In this document: positions 13,501-28,500 of the stretch, one piece after another
How the letters are laid out: every line of letters begins with the position of its first letter
Numbering within the stretch: position 1 is the first letter of the stretch
From: Antedon mediterranea
Lineage: Eukaryota > Animalia > Echinodermata
DNA length: 64,000 bases
NCBI RefSeq assembly: GCF_964355755.1
Contig: NC_092676.1
Coordinates: 27,546,871-27,610,870, forward strand
Direction: 5' to 3'
Made by a program: the position numbers and the translations under genes
The notes under the pieces: generated by a model
Databases searched by the model: none
The model's input: the letters and a program-made list of their open reading frames with translations, nothing else
Told to the model about the DNA's origin: nothing

Positions 13501-16500
13501 TAAAAAGATTTACAGTCGTTTGTCGGTGGGTAACGAGTTTAATAAATGTCACTATTATTAATGAAAATTGTTTAAAGCTCTGTCTACTAACTAGTTTGGC
13601 AAAAAAGGTATCATGTGCCAAAATAATATTTAAGCACATGATATGAATCTTCAATCTTGAATTTTGATAGTGATATGTCCAAATATGGTAGTGATATAAC
13701 ACCATCATGTCTATATTTGGGCACATCACATTTGTTGTCACATATAAAGTTTGACATAGTGTAGACACCGGAGTAACTTTGTGTTACAGCGTGTTTATTG
13801 GTCAGATGTTTTGCCCTACTCTGACGTAATCGTACTGTATACTCTCAGAAAACTTTGATGTTCTAACCCTAAGTAGGATTTGAACCACGACCCACGGATT
13901 GTTAAGCACGCACCAAAAACTTAGTGTCATATTATAAACGCTTTACGAACTAATTCAAATATATATAATATGAAATATTTATTAGAAAAGAATTACTCAA
14001 CAAATGATGATCTCCTTTAAACCACTTGGATTACCCACTTATGAAACAGGCGGATCATGTCTTTAGAAACTATAATAAATACACAGATTTATATATTATT
14101 GGCACCACGTCAAAGATTTTTTATAATTGCCTGAGGGAAAGATTAAAACATTTGACAGTTTTTGATAACTTTCGTTATTACTGTACCATATAAACTGAAT
14201 CGCAACAATGAGGCATAGTGGTCTATAGGTTTTCTATCTCTATGATGGAAATATGTTGGCGTTTGAAAAGATAGGATTAATTAAATAACCGCAACGTATA
14301 TACAGCACACTGCACTGAAATATATTATTCAGTGTAAACACAGAACCACTTACAAATTTCTCCAAAGAACAAAATAGATTCTTTACTCCATTAAGCTTTG
14401 TCTTCACTACCGTATCAAACTTTATGTAACAAACAAATATGATGTGCCTATATATGGACACGATGATGCCATTTCACTACCATATTTGGGCACAATTTTC
14501 AAAATAGTTTGATAGTGTAGACAAAGCTTAAGGCTATGGACTACCAAACTACGGATTCGGTCAATAGATGTTTTCTCAGAAAACAATTCCCCAATATTAT
14601 TGATTTTCAGCCTTAAAATGCTTTTATTGATTTTTTATTATTTATTTTTTGTTTTTTTTGGTAAAATTATATATGTTTTGGCAAGTTGTCTATCATTAAA
14701 AAGAAATGTGTACGACTGTTTGAATCTTTTTTATTGAAAGAGGTTGGTTGAGATGCTGAACAGACACTTTTTGGTTACCTCAACAAGTAGCGCTGCTGAG
14801 AGCACGTTTACGAACCAGTGCCCGCCGCGGGGAGTTTAGTCATTACCGTACTCCATAAGTTTCGTTATATTTATTCTATTCTTAAATTTGGGCAAAAAAC
14901 GTTGAAACTGAAAAATTTAGCTTCAACCAGTGTTACAGATTTCTTTGATTGTAATAATTGAGACTTAAATAACAAATATTTAGATCGTAGTTATTTTTAT
15001 TGTCTGTTAATGTCCCAACTTTTTTAGCATCTGTTTGGGGTTTCCTTGCCTTACAAATTTGTGAAATAAATTACTTTTATATGATCGTATTTAAGTTTAG
15101 TTCCCACGGGACGCAACGCAATGACGTAAGCGCGACGAAAATTGACCAATCAGCGATGGATTATTCGAACTGTCGCTTGTGATTGGTCAACTCACTTGCG
15201 TTGAATTGTGCGTAGGTTGTTGCGTTGCTTACTGGTGGGAACCAAGCTTTAGCAACTGATTCACAATCTGTGCTACCAATCATATACCCTCAAACAACCC
15301 TGCACATACATACATACTATCCCTCTCATATTGTCTGATGGGACTGACTGTGGTAGGCCTAATAAGCTAATTTGAATAAAACAATAATCATAGTGATACA
15401 GTTACGACAACTTAGCCGTGTCTATAGAATTATCAATCGGTGGTAGTTACCTATTTCGTTCAAAAAAGTTAAGTTCAATTTTATGTTTGTTTGGGTGAGA
15501 TTTTGTTCCAATATCAATAACAAGACCACTGCGTGTATCCAAAAAACGATACCAGAATTAGGTTATTACATTGTGAGAAATTTCTGTCTCGATGAATAGA
15601 CGACGACCTATTAGGAGGACCCCCGGTGTATATGAGGATGCGTGTAAGAGTGTTGCGTGTTATTCACAACTCATGTCAACCTCTCCATGTTCCCTGAAGT
15701 GTGGGGCTTAGGTGAGGAAATTCACAAAAACCCTCTTAAACTTTATACACCATCATGCGAATTAGAGCGACACAAAAGTGACAAATTGACCACCTTAGAC
15801 TCTAACCTGGCGGGTTGTGTACAACAAATCTAGCTGCCATACGTTTTTCAAAGACGGAGGCCTATTTGACAAATATAGTTAACTGACTGAATGGATATAC
15901 GGGCTACTTTAAAGAAATTATAAATTAAATTGGGAATAACTATTTAAGGAGTATCTAAATTAAATTAAAATAAATAAAAAAGCTCAAAGTTACATTTTGA
16001 ACAGACATATTTAATAGTATATGATTTATTTAAACAGACTCATGGGCCAACAAAACGAGCCCCATAAGCAACGGGCCTGGATTGACCGCTGTTAAACTGA
16101 ATAATTTTAGGCCCAAAAGTCTGTAAAAGATCACTAAATTAAGCCCAAGACTATTACGCTACCGGTAACGTCTGGAAATTAACTAGAAAACTGGTAGACT
16201 GCGCGCTACTTTTTGCCAAATGAAGTAGAAACATTTTTTTAGATATAGACTGGCTTACCAGGATCAATACAAAACGTAAAATATGTCTGAATGTTATTAT
16301 TTATAGTTTACAGGTCAGAGGTCGTTCAAAGAAAAATGTAAACAACTAGATTATAATCGCCGTAAAACATTGATTTAAAATCATAATTGTTTACATGTTT
16401 GATGAGCCGGTAAGACTGTTTATTGGGTGAAGATTAAGGTGGCTACATCATTAGTAAAACGTGGTCAACAAACGAGGCCCTGGGGTTAGGTTATACGTTG

Positions 16501-19500
16501 TCGCTGTGCAAAAAAACCAACACACCACTCGGGCTAGTTAACACCATGGCCCCCTTGTGTAGAACATCGAAATGATTTCCGGAAGATGTCAGAGTTACAG
16601 TATACAGATCAAATACATCTTCGTTTAAGACTCAGACACACCTGGGTCTAATTGTATTTTAGACGGTATGAAAATATTTTATTTCCGACTTCAATAATAT
16701 TCTTAATTCTCAAGAGAGAAGTTATAATGAAGACAATGTTTACGGCGTTATGTTTAGCGTGCCTGAATAAACACACAGTGAAAAGATAAGAACACCAATC
16801 AATTACTGCGTCATTTTTATTAACCCGTCTTTGAACCAACCGACAAAAGGTAAACCAGTGATCTGTGTGGAGTGTACTTTTGATTTGCCCTTTCGGCGTT
16901 CCATAGAGTTCATTCCTGGCAATCAGTGTGTTTAGTGTAGATAATAAATAGATAACAAAAGTTGTACGCATCAACCAATCACCGGATGTTTACAGTCATA
17001 CATTGCGCATCTTTGACTTACTACCGAATTATTTATAATAGACCTATCTTTGATTTTAAAATTCAATTAAAGTACTCAATCAGGGAAGAGTTAAATTACA
17101 ATTTAACTCTCTTCTCTGATTTTGATTTAAGTTTTGCTATAATTAAATCAATGTACTGAACTTGTGTTTCAATACTTAGATAAATTATTTTTCTCGATCG
17201 TTTTTGTTTAATTTGTTGTTTTAACTTATATACCATTGTAATTGTATTCAATCTGTATTATCTTACCAGCCACCATAAGCAAAAAATCCTGCATAAAATG
17301 CAATAGTGATGCTTCCTCCTCCGTTGGCATTGGGAGTGGTGTCGAATGCATTCTCAAATTGGTCTGTGTATCCTACAATTACAATACAAAGAAATACATA
17401 AAAAGATGCTTAAGTAGTCTTTGTACTTTTTGGTTATCTGGATGTTCTTTAAAATACCGTAGCGAAAGAATAAAAAAAATATATATATATATAGATGTCA
17501 CTTTGTGGTTCGATCTTTCAGCATAATCAATCAATCAATCAATCAATTTCTTTTTATTTCGGAAGAAGTTCATCCATATCTACAAACGTACAAACAAACA
17601 AAAAACCGAAAATTCGCTCTATCTACAATATATTTTGGAGTTATGGAGCACTATAATATAATGCTGAATTGTTAGGCCTAATTAGAGAAATTTCCAGAGT
17701 TTTAGAGTCTATAAATTTGACAATTCCTTCAATTGGTGTGGTCTTACATTAGAGGTCTTAATTGGAAGGACATTTAGTATCATCATGGGTGTTTAATAAG
17801 AGAAGAAATATCTTCGAGGCCTGTAAAATTGAAATTCCTGTATGATCTTCACGATCTTTTGAAAACAGTATTAAGCTGTATAAAGTACGCATAATCGTCC
17901 AAACCCTCTCAAGGAAAAGCTTATTATTTATGAATTATCAAAAGTGGAAACAGGTACTTAAGCCCATGTGTGACCTCATCTTAGGATGATGTTCTTATAT
18001 TGATTACCAATTAATACAAGTGTCAATATATAGAAAATACTCCTCTGTGTCTCAAGGAGGAAGCGAAGCAAGAAAGGTGGAAAGATGTTTGCAATAAACA
18101 AACTATTTTATTTGAAATTAATCCTCTTTTCGTCGTACTAATATTTTGAGTGTGTTTCAACTTTAATCCATGTTAATCCAACTTAATCTTGATATAATTT
18201 TATGAATACAGAAAATATCACTATCATTTTAAAATTACATTTCTAAAATCTTTTCCAAACCGTTTCTGTTTTAAAGAACACTTCAGGCGCAAACAAAATT
18301 ATATAAATCGTTTTCACCATACCGTACTTTACCTTACTCAAGCTCTGTCTACACTATCAAACTTTATGCTGTGACAAAAAAAAGGGGATATGCCCATATA
18401 TGGATGATGATGATGATGTCATATCACTACCATATTGGGTATAACACTACCATACTTGGACACATCACACGTTTTTGTCAAACTAGTTTGATAGTGTAGA
18501 CAGAACTTTAAAGAAAAAACATGATGAATGTACCTTTTCCGAGCCGTACTAATCCTGTGATAATAATGACAGCCAACACGGACATTTTGGCGAAAGTGAA
18601 CAAGTCTTGTACGCGTGTTGTCCATCGTACACTCATAGAATTCACCGTCGCAAGAACAACTGAAAGAGAACATTGGTGGAAATAAATGATGAGGCGTTTA
18701 TACAATTTAATTCACATTTATTTGAAACGGTCCAAGGAAAAACAAGCATACATTTACAATAATTTTATGGTAGGAGCTTTTTCAGGGATCTGATACAACG
18801 GAGTTTACGCGAAGAAAGTAGTATAGCGTTGGTTGACCGTATATAAAGATTGAAAAAGAGGAACAGAAGAGCCTCAATAATTATATATGTTATATAATCA
18901 TTACAACAATTATTATATTATAATAACTATTAGGCCTACAATGATACGGTACAATATTAAAGGTAGGCCTATTAGGCCTAATAATATTAATTACAGACAG
19001 GTCTCAATTGATACTTTTCATAATGTTTTGGAGTCAGAGGCCTATACGCATCATTAATGCATATTTCCAAAGCATGACTTCTTAAAAGTAATATATATTC
19101 TTAATAGTATTTTAATATTCCCTAAAGCCTGTTTTCCATTAGTGAAATATTCGCGCGATCCCAACATTCTCGAGTTCTGATTGGTTGCGCATTTCTTTCA
19201 CACGTCACAAAAAGTAGAAAATTAGTAATACGCATGCGCATTAGTCAACACTTTCGATTCGCGCCAAAAAAATTCGCCTCATAAAAAATTGGCTTAAGCC
19301 TTGTCTACACTATCAAGTTTGACAAAAAAAGTAAAGTGTGATGTGTCCAAATATGGTAGAGATATGACATCTTCATGTCTATATATGGGCACATCACATT
19401 TTTTGTCAAATGAAGTTTGACAGTGTAGACAGAGCTTTAAAGCGTTAGTATAGTTTAGGCATTTATTTCGTCTTGTTTGTCCTTCACACTGGAGCTTAGA

Positions 19501-22500
19501 AACCAGATTCGAGAATAATCACATAATATGGCGGATAAATATCGACTGAACGTGATTGCACGGTTTTATAGCAACGAATCCCTTGAATCCCAATAAATTA
19601 ACCTAAAACAAATTAACCTAAAAAAGGATTTCCCCCTTGCGTTAACCCATTTCACACGGTTCCTGGGTGACTACTCGGAGGCATACAGACGACCAAGAAT
19701 AAACATTACGTTTAACCTAATTTAATTTTGTGGTATTATTGTAGAAGCCGATGACATTTGACTGTCTGCTTTTATCAGACAATATTAATGTAAATGTTCC
19801 CGCTTAAAATGAACGGATTAAAACAATTATAATTCTGTTGATTTTGGTATTATTGTTGGTTTGGAACGACATGTATTTATACAGTTATAAAACAAACAAT
19901 TCTGGTCATAAAACATGCAAAGTTAGGTCCGTTGAATGTTAGATTTGAATTGTGTATGGGGCGCCATACGCAGCAAACGTGCCATATATCTGTCGCTTTA
20001 CGTTTTTGAAGACATTACACGTGCTGCGTATGGCGCCCCATACCATTTTACTGATCTGTATCGAGTTTTGGCGAATCTGTTCTGCATCTGACATCACATA
20101 AACACTTCGTCCCCACTCGTCGAAAGATAATAAATTAGGGCCAGTTGAAAACCTTTTGATTAAACAGAAACATCATCTGAAAACAGTTTGACATCCATTT
20201 CTAGAACTATTAGTTATGGCAAATAAATTATTTTCAACATCAATTCATTCCTTTCAGGAAAGTAAACTTCTCGTTTTACGGTTGATTTACTTTATCAAAA
20301 TATATAATGGGATGGATGCGCCACACAGAAACAGTCTAGCAGACGACATCATTCCCATGCCAATACTTCATTTTGCATTTTTTTCTGCTCATCCCTTTTT
20401 TGTAATGTCTGCGCATTTTTTTGTCATCTGCTTAACTTTTTAACAAATGTTTACGCATCTTTTTATTAAAAGTTTTGGCATCTTTTTATATATGTTTGGG
20501 CATCTTTTTATTTAGTTATCTGCATTTTGCTTCGGCGTAATCATTTTTTTTTATTGTTTTAAGAATCCTTTTCTTATGTCTGCGCATCTTTTTTTATTTA
20601 GTTCTGCGCATTTTTCTTCTGCGTATTATTATTATTTTTTTATATTTTAGGAATCTTTTATTTATGAGCCTGCACATCTTTTTTTTAGTTCTGCGCATTT
20701 TTTAAAAAAATATTTTAGGAATCTTGTTTCCTTTATTTTTTAAAAATATAATATTTTTGTAATGTCATTGTTAAAAGCTCACCTGTGTATTATACCAAGA
20801 ACATTCTAGTAGGTCAATGTTCTAAAATATTACGTGCTGTTCTTATTTAAAATATAACATTCTATTTTAACTAGTTTATTGAGATCCCCCACGTTGATCG
20901 TCGCTAAACAATGTATCCCAATGACATTCGTAATGTTATTTTATAACAATTTTAGTTCAAATTGAGTTGGTAACCGCCACGAAGGTTAAACCCACTAATA
21001 TTATCAGCATTTTTTTGTTTGTCTGTAACATTCAATCTTCAATAGCAATTTTCATCAAATTCGAAATCAGGCCAAGAATTACAATTGCATAGGGCGACTG
21101 TTCGAATTTCATTAGGTCGGTAGGTGGGCCAAGTTGGTTATAGGTCGGGTCAGCCACAATTCAATGGATCTGGGGTTAAAACTTTAATTTGCCGGATTCT
21201 TTTCAAATGTGAGGTGAAGGTTTAATATTAATCGACAAACGGCGGTGTAACTATTGTTTAATGTTTATGTGTTCCTGTTGTTTTTCTTCACTTTATTTCA
21301 CAGCATAATTAAAACAATATAACTTACATTTACTTTACGCAAAACAACTCATAAATATGTTGGTGCTTTCTACAATGAACATAAATGGGTACCTACGTAA
21401 GATAAACTAAATTATCGGAATCCGTAGATTTTTTCAAAACATACCGGTACAATGGCATTTTACTTTCCCCCAGTGATATTTTTATTCGATTAAATTTAAT
21501 CTGTTTAAAGTAGTTTTACTGGGGGAATGCTCTATAGTGAACCTCTATAAGGGGTTAACGCTTTTTAAACTGTCAATGATTCCAAGTCAGGGCCAAGGTC
21601 AACTGATGTCAGTGTTCGGAGGTGTTTCTCCATAGTACAACCCTGTCAATTCACTTATTAAATACCCTTTTATTAATTAACAATTTACTTTATTCTGTCG
21701 GAGATCATAACATATTTAACACATTAAATGACACATGTGTGAATTTTACGACTGTGATCGTAATTCTCTTTGACTTGTCACCCACGGAAGTTCAGTAATT
21801 ATGGGTTTTGGCAAAAAAAAAAAAATTCAAAAGTTGAGTGGTAAATTTGATGGAATGGAATAAAAGTAGCACGGCCAATAAATGACAGACAATACGAATA
21901 ATTGAACACTTTGATATAACATTACGATATTTGCCAATTAAAAACTAAATCTTCATTTATTTTGTATTCATAATTTTTGTGTAGGCCTATAGGCCTAACA
22001 GGAGTAAATTGATTTCATGGACACAGTTATTGTTAACTTTGGAATGAAACAACTTACTTAAATAACAATACACTTTTGCAACATTTTATTTTAAAAAATA
22101 ACTGTCAATTATATTTCTTAATTAAGCCCATTTCACCACTATTTCAAGAACATCTCCATCTTCATCTTCTCCACCTCACAAAATTTAGTACATGAGAAAT
22201 AGAGTTTCTTCAAAGACAGAAAACATACGAACAATGGATTTAATAAATTGTTATTAATTCATAAAATATCCGACCTACTGATGCTGTTTTTTTTGTCTTA
22301 ATCGCAAATATGAGTAACTTGTATTAATTATGGTAATTCATAATCATTACACTTAATACTTACTGGGAAATGTGTAAGCAAGTCATTATTATTCCCCTGT
22401 AGAATAGCATTTATACAAAAGAATTTCTAGTTTTCTCGCTATTGCTTCGAAATGTAAGCAGCTGGTGTGGAATTTATTCCATTTTATGTGGGTCTTAGAG

Positions 22501-25500
22501 AGCAAAAGTTCACCATACAAGTGGATATATTTTACAACGTGACGTCACTTTCCGGAAGTGTTTCATTCATAATTGTATTCAAAATATAATTTGTTTTCAT
22601 ATTGCCGTTGTTAAGAATACCTCGCCATCTTTCCGTTTTTCCCGTTTCAATGAATTTCATGAATTGGTTAATATGGTTTAATTATATGTGTCTGATGATT
22701 TAGGTATCGCATTTTCATTATTATATTAAAATGTTGTAAACTTGGTCTATACGGCTATTAAATGACGAACAAACAGAATAAAGTTTTAAACAATCTACAT
22801 TACGGTTTCACCGTATAACGTCAAGCTCATCAAAGTGGGAAAATGATAAAAATACTTAATTTAAATACAATTAAATACATAAAATAAATATTTAATTTAA
22901 TAGAAGAGAAGAAATTTATTTAGAATATTGCGATTAAATGTATATCATCACCAGCGAAGAAACGATTATTTGGTTGTAGCAGTTTATTTGTTTGTTTGTT
23001 TTTATTTCGAATCTATACATCATACATATATTATTATAGGCCTATATCAAGAAAAAACCAAGGAGAAACTTATGAAAATGAATAGATTCAGGAAAACCCA
23101 AGTTCAAATTCTATCCTAAAAAAGCATTTATAGTTCAGCTTCTTTCATCACAATAATATACCTGTGTTTCTATAAATAGATACCATTTTTCTTGTTTGTG
23201 ATGACAATGGTAAAACACTCGTTCGATGTAAACAATCCAGCATGGCTGATGTTGGCGCCTGTTGTGTACAGTTAGTAGGTTACATTTTTTATTGTGTTTT
23301 TCTTTAAAAAGTCAAGTTGATACTTCAGTAACGCCGCCGATTATTTTATCAAACTATTCTTTAATCGTCATTTATAATTGCATTTATGTATTCATAAATT
23401 ATGAATACATTTTCTGAACCATTTTCCTAATTGGTAATATTGAAAACATCACTTACATCCGAAGAATGACGTCATCTGCAAGCTTTTATAGTAACCATTT
23501 TATATATTTTCAATTCAAATTTTAATCTAATTTTAGAGAAATAGTTTCCGTAATATTTTACTTAAATTGGGAATATATCGTTTATGAGTTAATTTTATTT
23601 GTTGAGTTTCAACTTATATGTAAATACTTGAAAATGTTAAACAAACAATTAAATTAATTCAAAACTGAATTAGTTGTGTATCTCCCTTATAAGGTAAAAG
23701 AAAACTATATGATAATATAGATTTATTCTATTTAGTGACTTTCATCAAACATAAATCTCTGTCTACACTATCAAACTAGTTTGACAAAAACAAAGTGTGA
23801 TGTGCCCAAATATGGTAGCGATCATATGGTAGTGATGTGACATCATCATGTTCATATTTTATCACATATTTAAGTTTGATAGTGTAGACAAAGCTTAACA
23901 ATATTGCTTGTTTCAATTTACATTAAAAAATTTAGCCCAAATTTCTGAAGAACACCTCACCTACCATCGCAACCGATTCGTGTAACAAGACAAAGAGCCG
24001 CAACTTAATAAACTATTACATTTCAATGAACGAGGTAAATTATCCGACCTTTCAGCCTTATTATTTTTTAAGTTGAGCACATTTACCAAAGTCCTTGGCC
24101 TATTTTTGTCTAGCAAATGCTTCACCTAGCCATTAGGTTTTCATATGTTTCAGGTTCACAACATTTATTAATGTTTCCCACATGACCTAGATATGATGTT
24201 ATATTTTGATGGGTCCTGATTTGTTTATTAAAATAGCTTTTACATTCTTCATATTGATGTAGGCCTACGCTCCATTCCATCTGTAACTATTCAATTAAGT
24301 TGTTATACGGTAGCGATTACATGGATCAAAATGTCTATATCTATATATCTAGCTTTTTCTTGCTTGCTACTTTCTTTCAACAAACAAGTTTTTGTAGGGC
24401 TACCTTTTATAGAATTCAGTGCCACATTTCTATAGATCTAAATTTTAAATAGTATGCATTATCGTGTTAGTGTTCATTTAATTAAACCATTTAAACCAAA
24501 CAAAGTATAAAGTTCATTATATCGTGATATCTACGGTAACTTATATAACAATTATATCCAAATATCCAAGTTTTTCCTTTTGTTTATGTATTATATAAAC
24601 AATAACATTAATTAAAAAAAATAATATATGAGAAATAATGAATGTTACTTACAAGCATATATCTAAATACCAGCAATACTCGTTGCTTAATTGACTAAAC
24701 TATATTTGTTAAAGATTGACTGGACGTAAGTTCTATAAAGTTTTATTTCAACGATGCATAAATCATTGAAATAATTAAAATTAATAATAGTTTACATTTT
24801 ATAAAAGAATACATTATTTAAAATATAATAATATGGCAAATTGAAAGAAAAAAACAAGTTTAATTTCAACCAGATGACAGTTGATTCGCAATAAATTACG
24901 TAATGTGACCACAGAAGAGAGTGATTTTAGACTTAAGATTTACGACCAAACTTGGTTTTAGTAAGTCTTGCAAACATTAAGTTAATTTTTAGGCCCCTGT
25001 ATTTGAATAGATACAATAAACAGCAGTAAAATTAGTAAAAGTAACTTTCTGTAACTGCACCTCTTGAGTGTCGACTCTTTTACAAAATGCTGCCTCTGAG
25101 ATGCTGATGAGACTTTGGTCACACTATCAATCTAGGCCTAGTTGAAAAAAAGTGTGATGTGTCCAAATATGGTACTGATATTCCCAAATATGGTAGTGAT
25201 ATGAAATCATCATCGTCCATATGAAAAAAAAAATGTCCATATGAGCACAGAACATTTTTTTAACATGTTTTAGGCCTACTTTGGTGTAATATTTTGTGTA
25301 TTTTATATTTGGATGTTTTTTAAGGGGCAACTGACTGACTGAGTTATACTAATTGTTTTGCTTTAGTTGCTCCTGACCATTGTGCTTTGTTTTTGTTCTG
25401 TATATGTTTATTGGTCGAATAAATAAATAAATGAAATGAAATAAAGTTTTGTAGACAGAGCGTAAGAAGAGGTACTCCTTTCAAAACAAGATGTATCCAT

Positions 25501-28500
25501 GACCAAAATACAGTAGGCCTACTTGAATTTGGCGTCCAGGCCCGCGTACCTCTGGTGATTTATGTCCACTCCAATCTAATTATAAACTCATTTCCATTTC
25601 TACTTTTTGAAATTGTTTACTTTTATCCTTCCTGTTTATGACATATTGTATAAAACGTAATGCATTTTACGTGCACATTTCTAAATTGTGCTTTTTTAAA
25701 AATGCAGGTAGGCCTAGGAAAAACTGACAGTAGGCCTAGCATTAATTATTATGTTATATTTTGTCAGACGACACTGAAGTGTGTAGGCCTAACTTCGTCT
25801 CGTCTCGGAAGCAAATTATTTCAAGTTCTATTATTTGAACTCGTTATATTGTGCAAATGGAAAGTTATGATTAGATTAGTAACCTATTTTTAATTCTTCC
25901 CTCCGTGTTTTAGCAATTAGCAAGTTGATAATACAGAGACTATCGTATTTTATTGTACCACACAAACACCTTGAGTAATTTTCCTAATATCTATATAGAC
26001 CTAAATGAATTATGAATCACCAATTGAATTCATTCTTATTTCTTTACCATATTACTGGTAAATAAATAATTTTCAACTTAGGCCTGGGCTAGACATGAGT
26101 AGGCCTATACGAGATTTACACCGGTGTAAACACCGCACACAATTCAGTAGGCTAGCCAGGCCGACGTGATGTGCTAAATCATTTTGAATCAGTAGGTAGT
26201 TTAGAGATTTGATTTAATACATACTTGAGACAATGTCACGCAAGTTCTTATAAATATTGATAAATAACTTGTATGATCCTAAGCTCTTTTTATTGTTCTA
26301 AAAGTAAAACATACTGGGGTATTTGACAGTCACATTTTATGGTCATATCAACCGTTTACTTTCCTATATTTGATTTACACTCACTGACAAATAGTCGGAT
26401 ACGATACATTGTTCCAATTTTTATGAGGTTCGTACGTGTTACCGGAAGAGCAGGTTATTATTTATTAAGGAAAGGTGTAAAACACAATGTTAATTAACTT
26501 AATTACAAGGCTATTAAAGTTTTACATTACATTTCGGCAGTCAATTACAGAAAACTATGACATAATGAGTAAAATTGGACGTATTATTATTCATCAAACT
26601 GAAAATTACAAAGGAAACTAGAAACCCAATTATGTTGTTAAATAGTAATTTAATAAGACTTGAAAAGTAGTTGCATACGACCTAAATATACTATCTTTAA
26701 AAAAGCTTTACATATAAGTAATTACCTATAATATTTCAGTAATTTACATTAGATTAATATCATAAAATGTGCCAAAAACTTACTATAAACTCTCCTCCAA
26801 TGGATAGATTTATGAAAATTACTTAATAGCAACAATAATCAGCGTCAGTCAATGAGAAGTCAGTTTTAAAATAACTTAAGCATATCTAATTTCCCTTTTT
26901 CCTAAATATTAAATGGAGAAGTTATTTCATAAGTTACAAATAACTGGATATCTTTTAAATATAATTGCTATGTTTTAAAAAAGATATCTCTTTTAACCAT
27001 ATAATGGAATAATGAATAAAAGTGGGCTAAACCCACGAAAGAGAAAAAAAAGTTACAAAGAACTTGTTTGATATTTAAAGCTTCGGATTTCACTAAGCAC
27101 ATCCCAACTATTTTGACTTAAGCAAAAGCAAAAAGACCTTGATCTTTAAGCAAACGATTAATTAAAAAGATCTTGACTTAACCAAAAATAAATGACAGTC
27201 TATAGATTTTTGAACTTTCATTTTCTTTCAATCTTTCTCTTATTTACCAATTTTAGTTACCACATTTCCCTTCTCTCCTTAGTCTTACTTATTGTTTCCT
27301 CCATGCTTAAATTTAATGATCTTTTTTTCAAACATTTCCAAATAAAATATCTTTAATATTCGCGTCTTAAGTAGAATTAATGAGGTGTTTGGAAGTTTTC
27401 CTTTTGTACTATTATAACAAATAAAATTTGAAATGAATAGTTACTAACGAGCATAAAAATATTGTATTGTTTTGATGTTTTGGTTCTGATATGACGAAGC
27501 GTGTCTATACAATTCAAATATTATTTACAAATATAATGTTTTGAATCTATTTTAGCTAAATCAATGTCAAATTGAAATAGTACTATTTCATGTTTATTTG
27601 TGAAATTAATTCATAAATAATCTGCGTTGAAAAAAATATTGGTAGATGAAAAGTTTAGTCGTTCAAATTGAAATTTGAAAAAACAACCTGGTGAATAATA
27701 CATCTATATAATAATTCAGTGATATTAATAGACCTACTTATTATATTTTCTTTTTGTTTGAGTTATTCAAATTCATTTTAGTACCAGAGATCGATTATTA
27801 TTTTTCTTCTACATTCTACTAATCTACATTTCCTATATGTTGGCCTACGTATATTTACAAAAAAAAATTATGCTGTTTTCTGTACATTTTATGTTTTCCT
27901 TAATTATATATCCATGTTACAATATTATCCCTGTGAAATGTGTCCAATGCTTTGTAATGAATTATTATCGACGCCCCAGCAATAAAGACATTTTAACAAG
28001 TAATAAAATGAGTAATAGCAAATACAACAATGATCTGTATTTCTGAACAGTGAAATACAGCGATATAAGAATTGTGTTACATTTACTTAAAATTCACAAC
28101 GTAAAAAAACTGTTTAAATGTTACTTTTGTATCTTGATTGAAATATACAAATAACAAAATAAAACCAAATATACTACAAATTATAACATTCTAGTAAACC
28201 CCACAGCATTTTATTCCAAAAATTCATGCTTTTTTTTGTTCCTTTGAATGAAGCCTAAATAAGTTTCATACTTATATTAATATTATCCATATTTTGTATA
28301 AAATAATTTTGATGATAAAAACTTTTGATTATCTCAAGTATGTTCTAATATTAATACGTCGGTATTTTCACAAGACTGTTTGACACACTCGGTTGGCTTA
28401 ATTGAGTATTGATTGATTGCTTGAGTAATAGTTAGATACAGGACTTAAAATAAATAAATAGGCCTATAATATAAAACTATATAAAATATTAAGATTATAA

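Noticed and set aside
13870-13915. tRNA-like B-box GGTTCAAATCC on the minus strand
   Set aside because: No cloverleaf or convincing A-box; at most a decayed SINE head.
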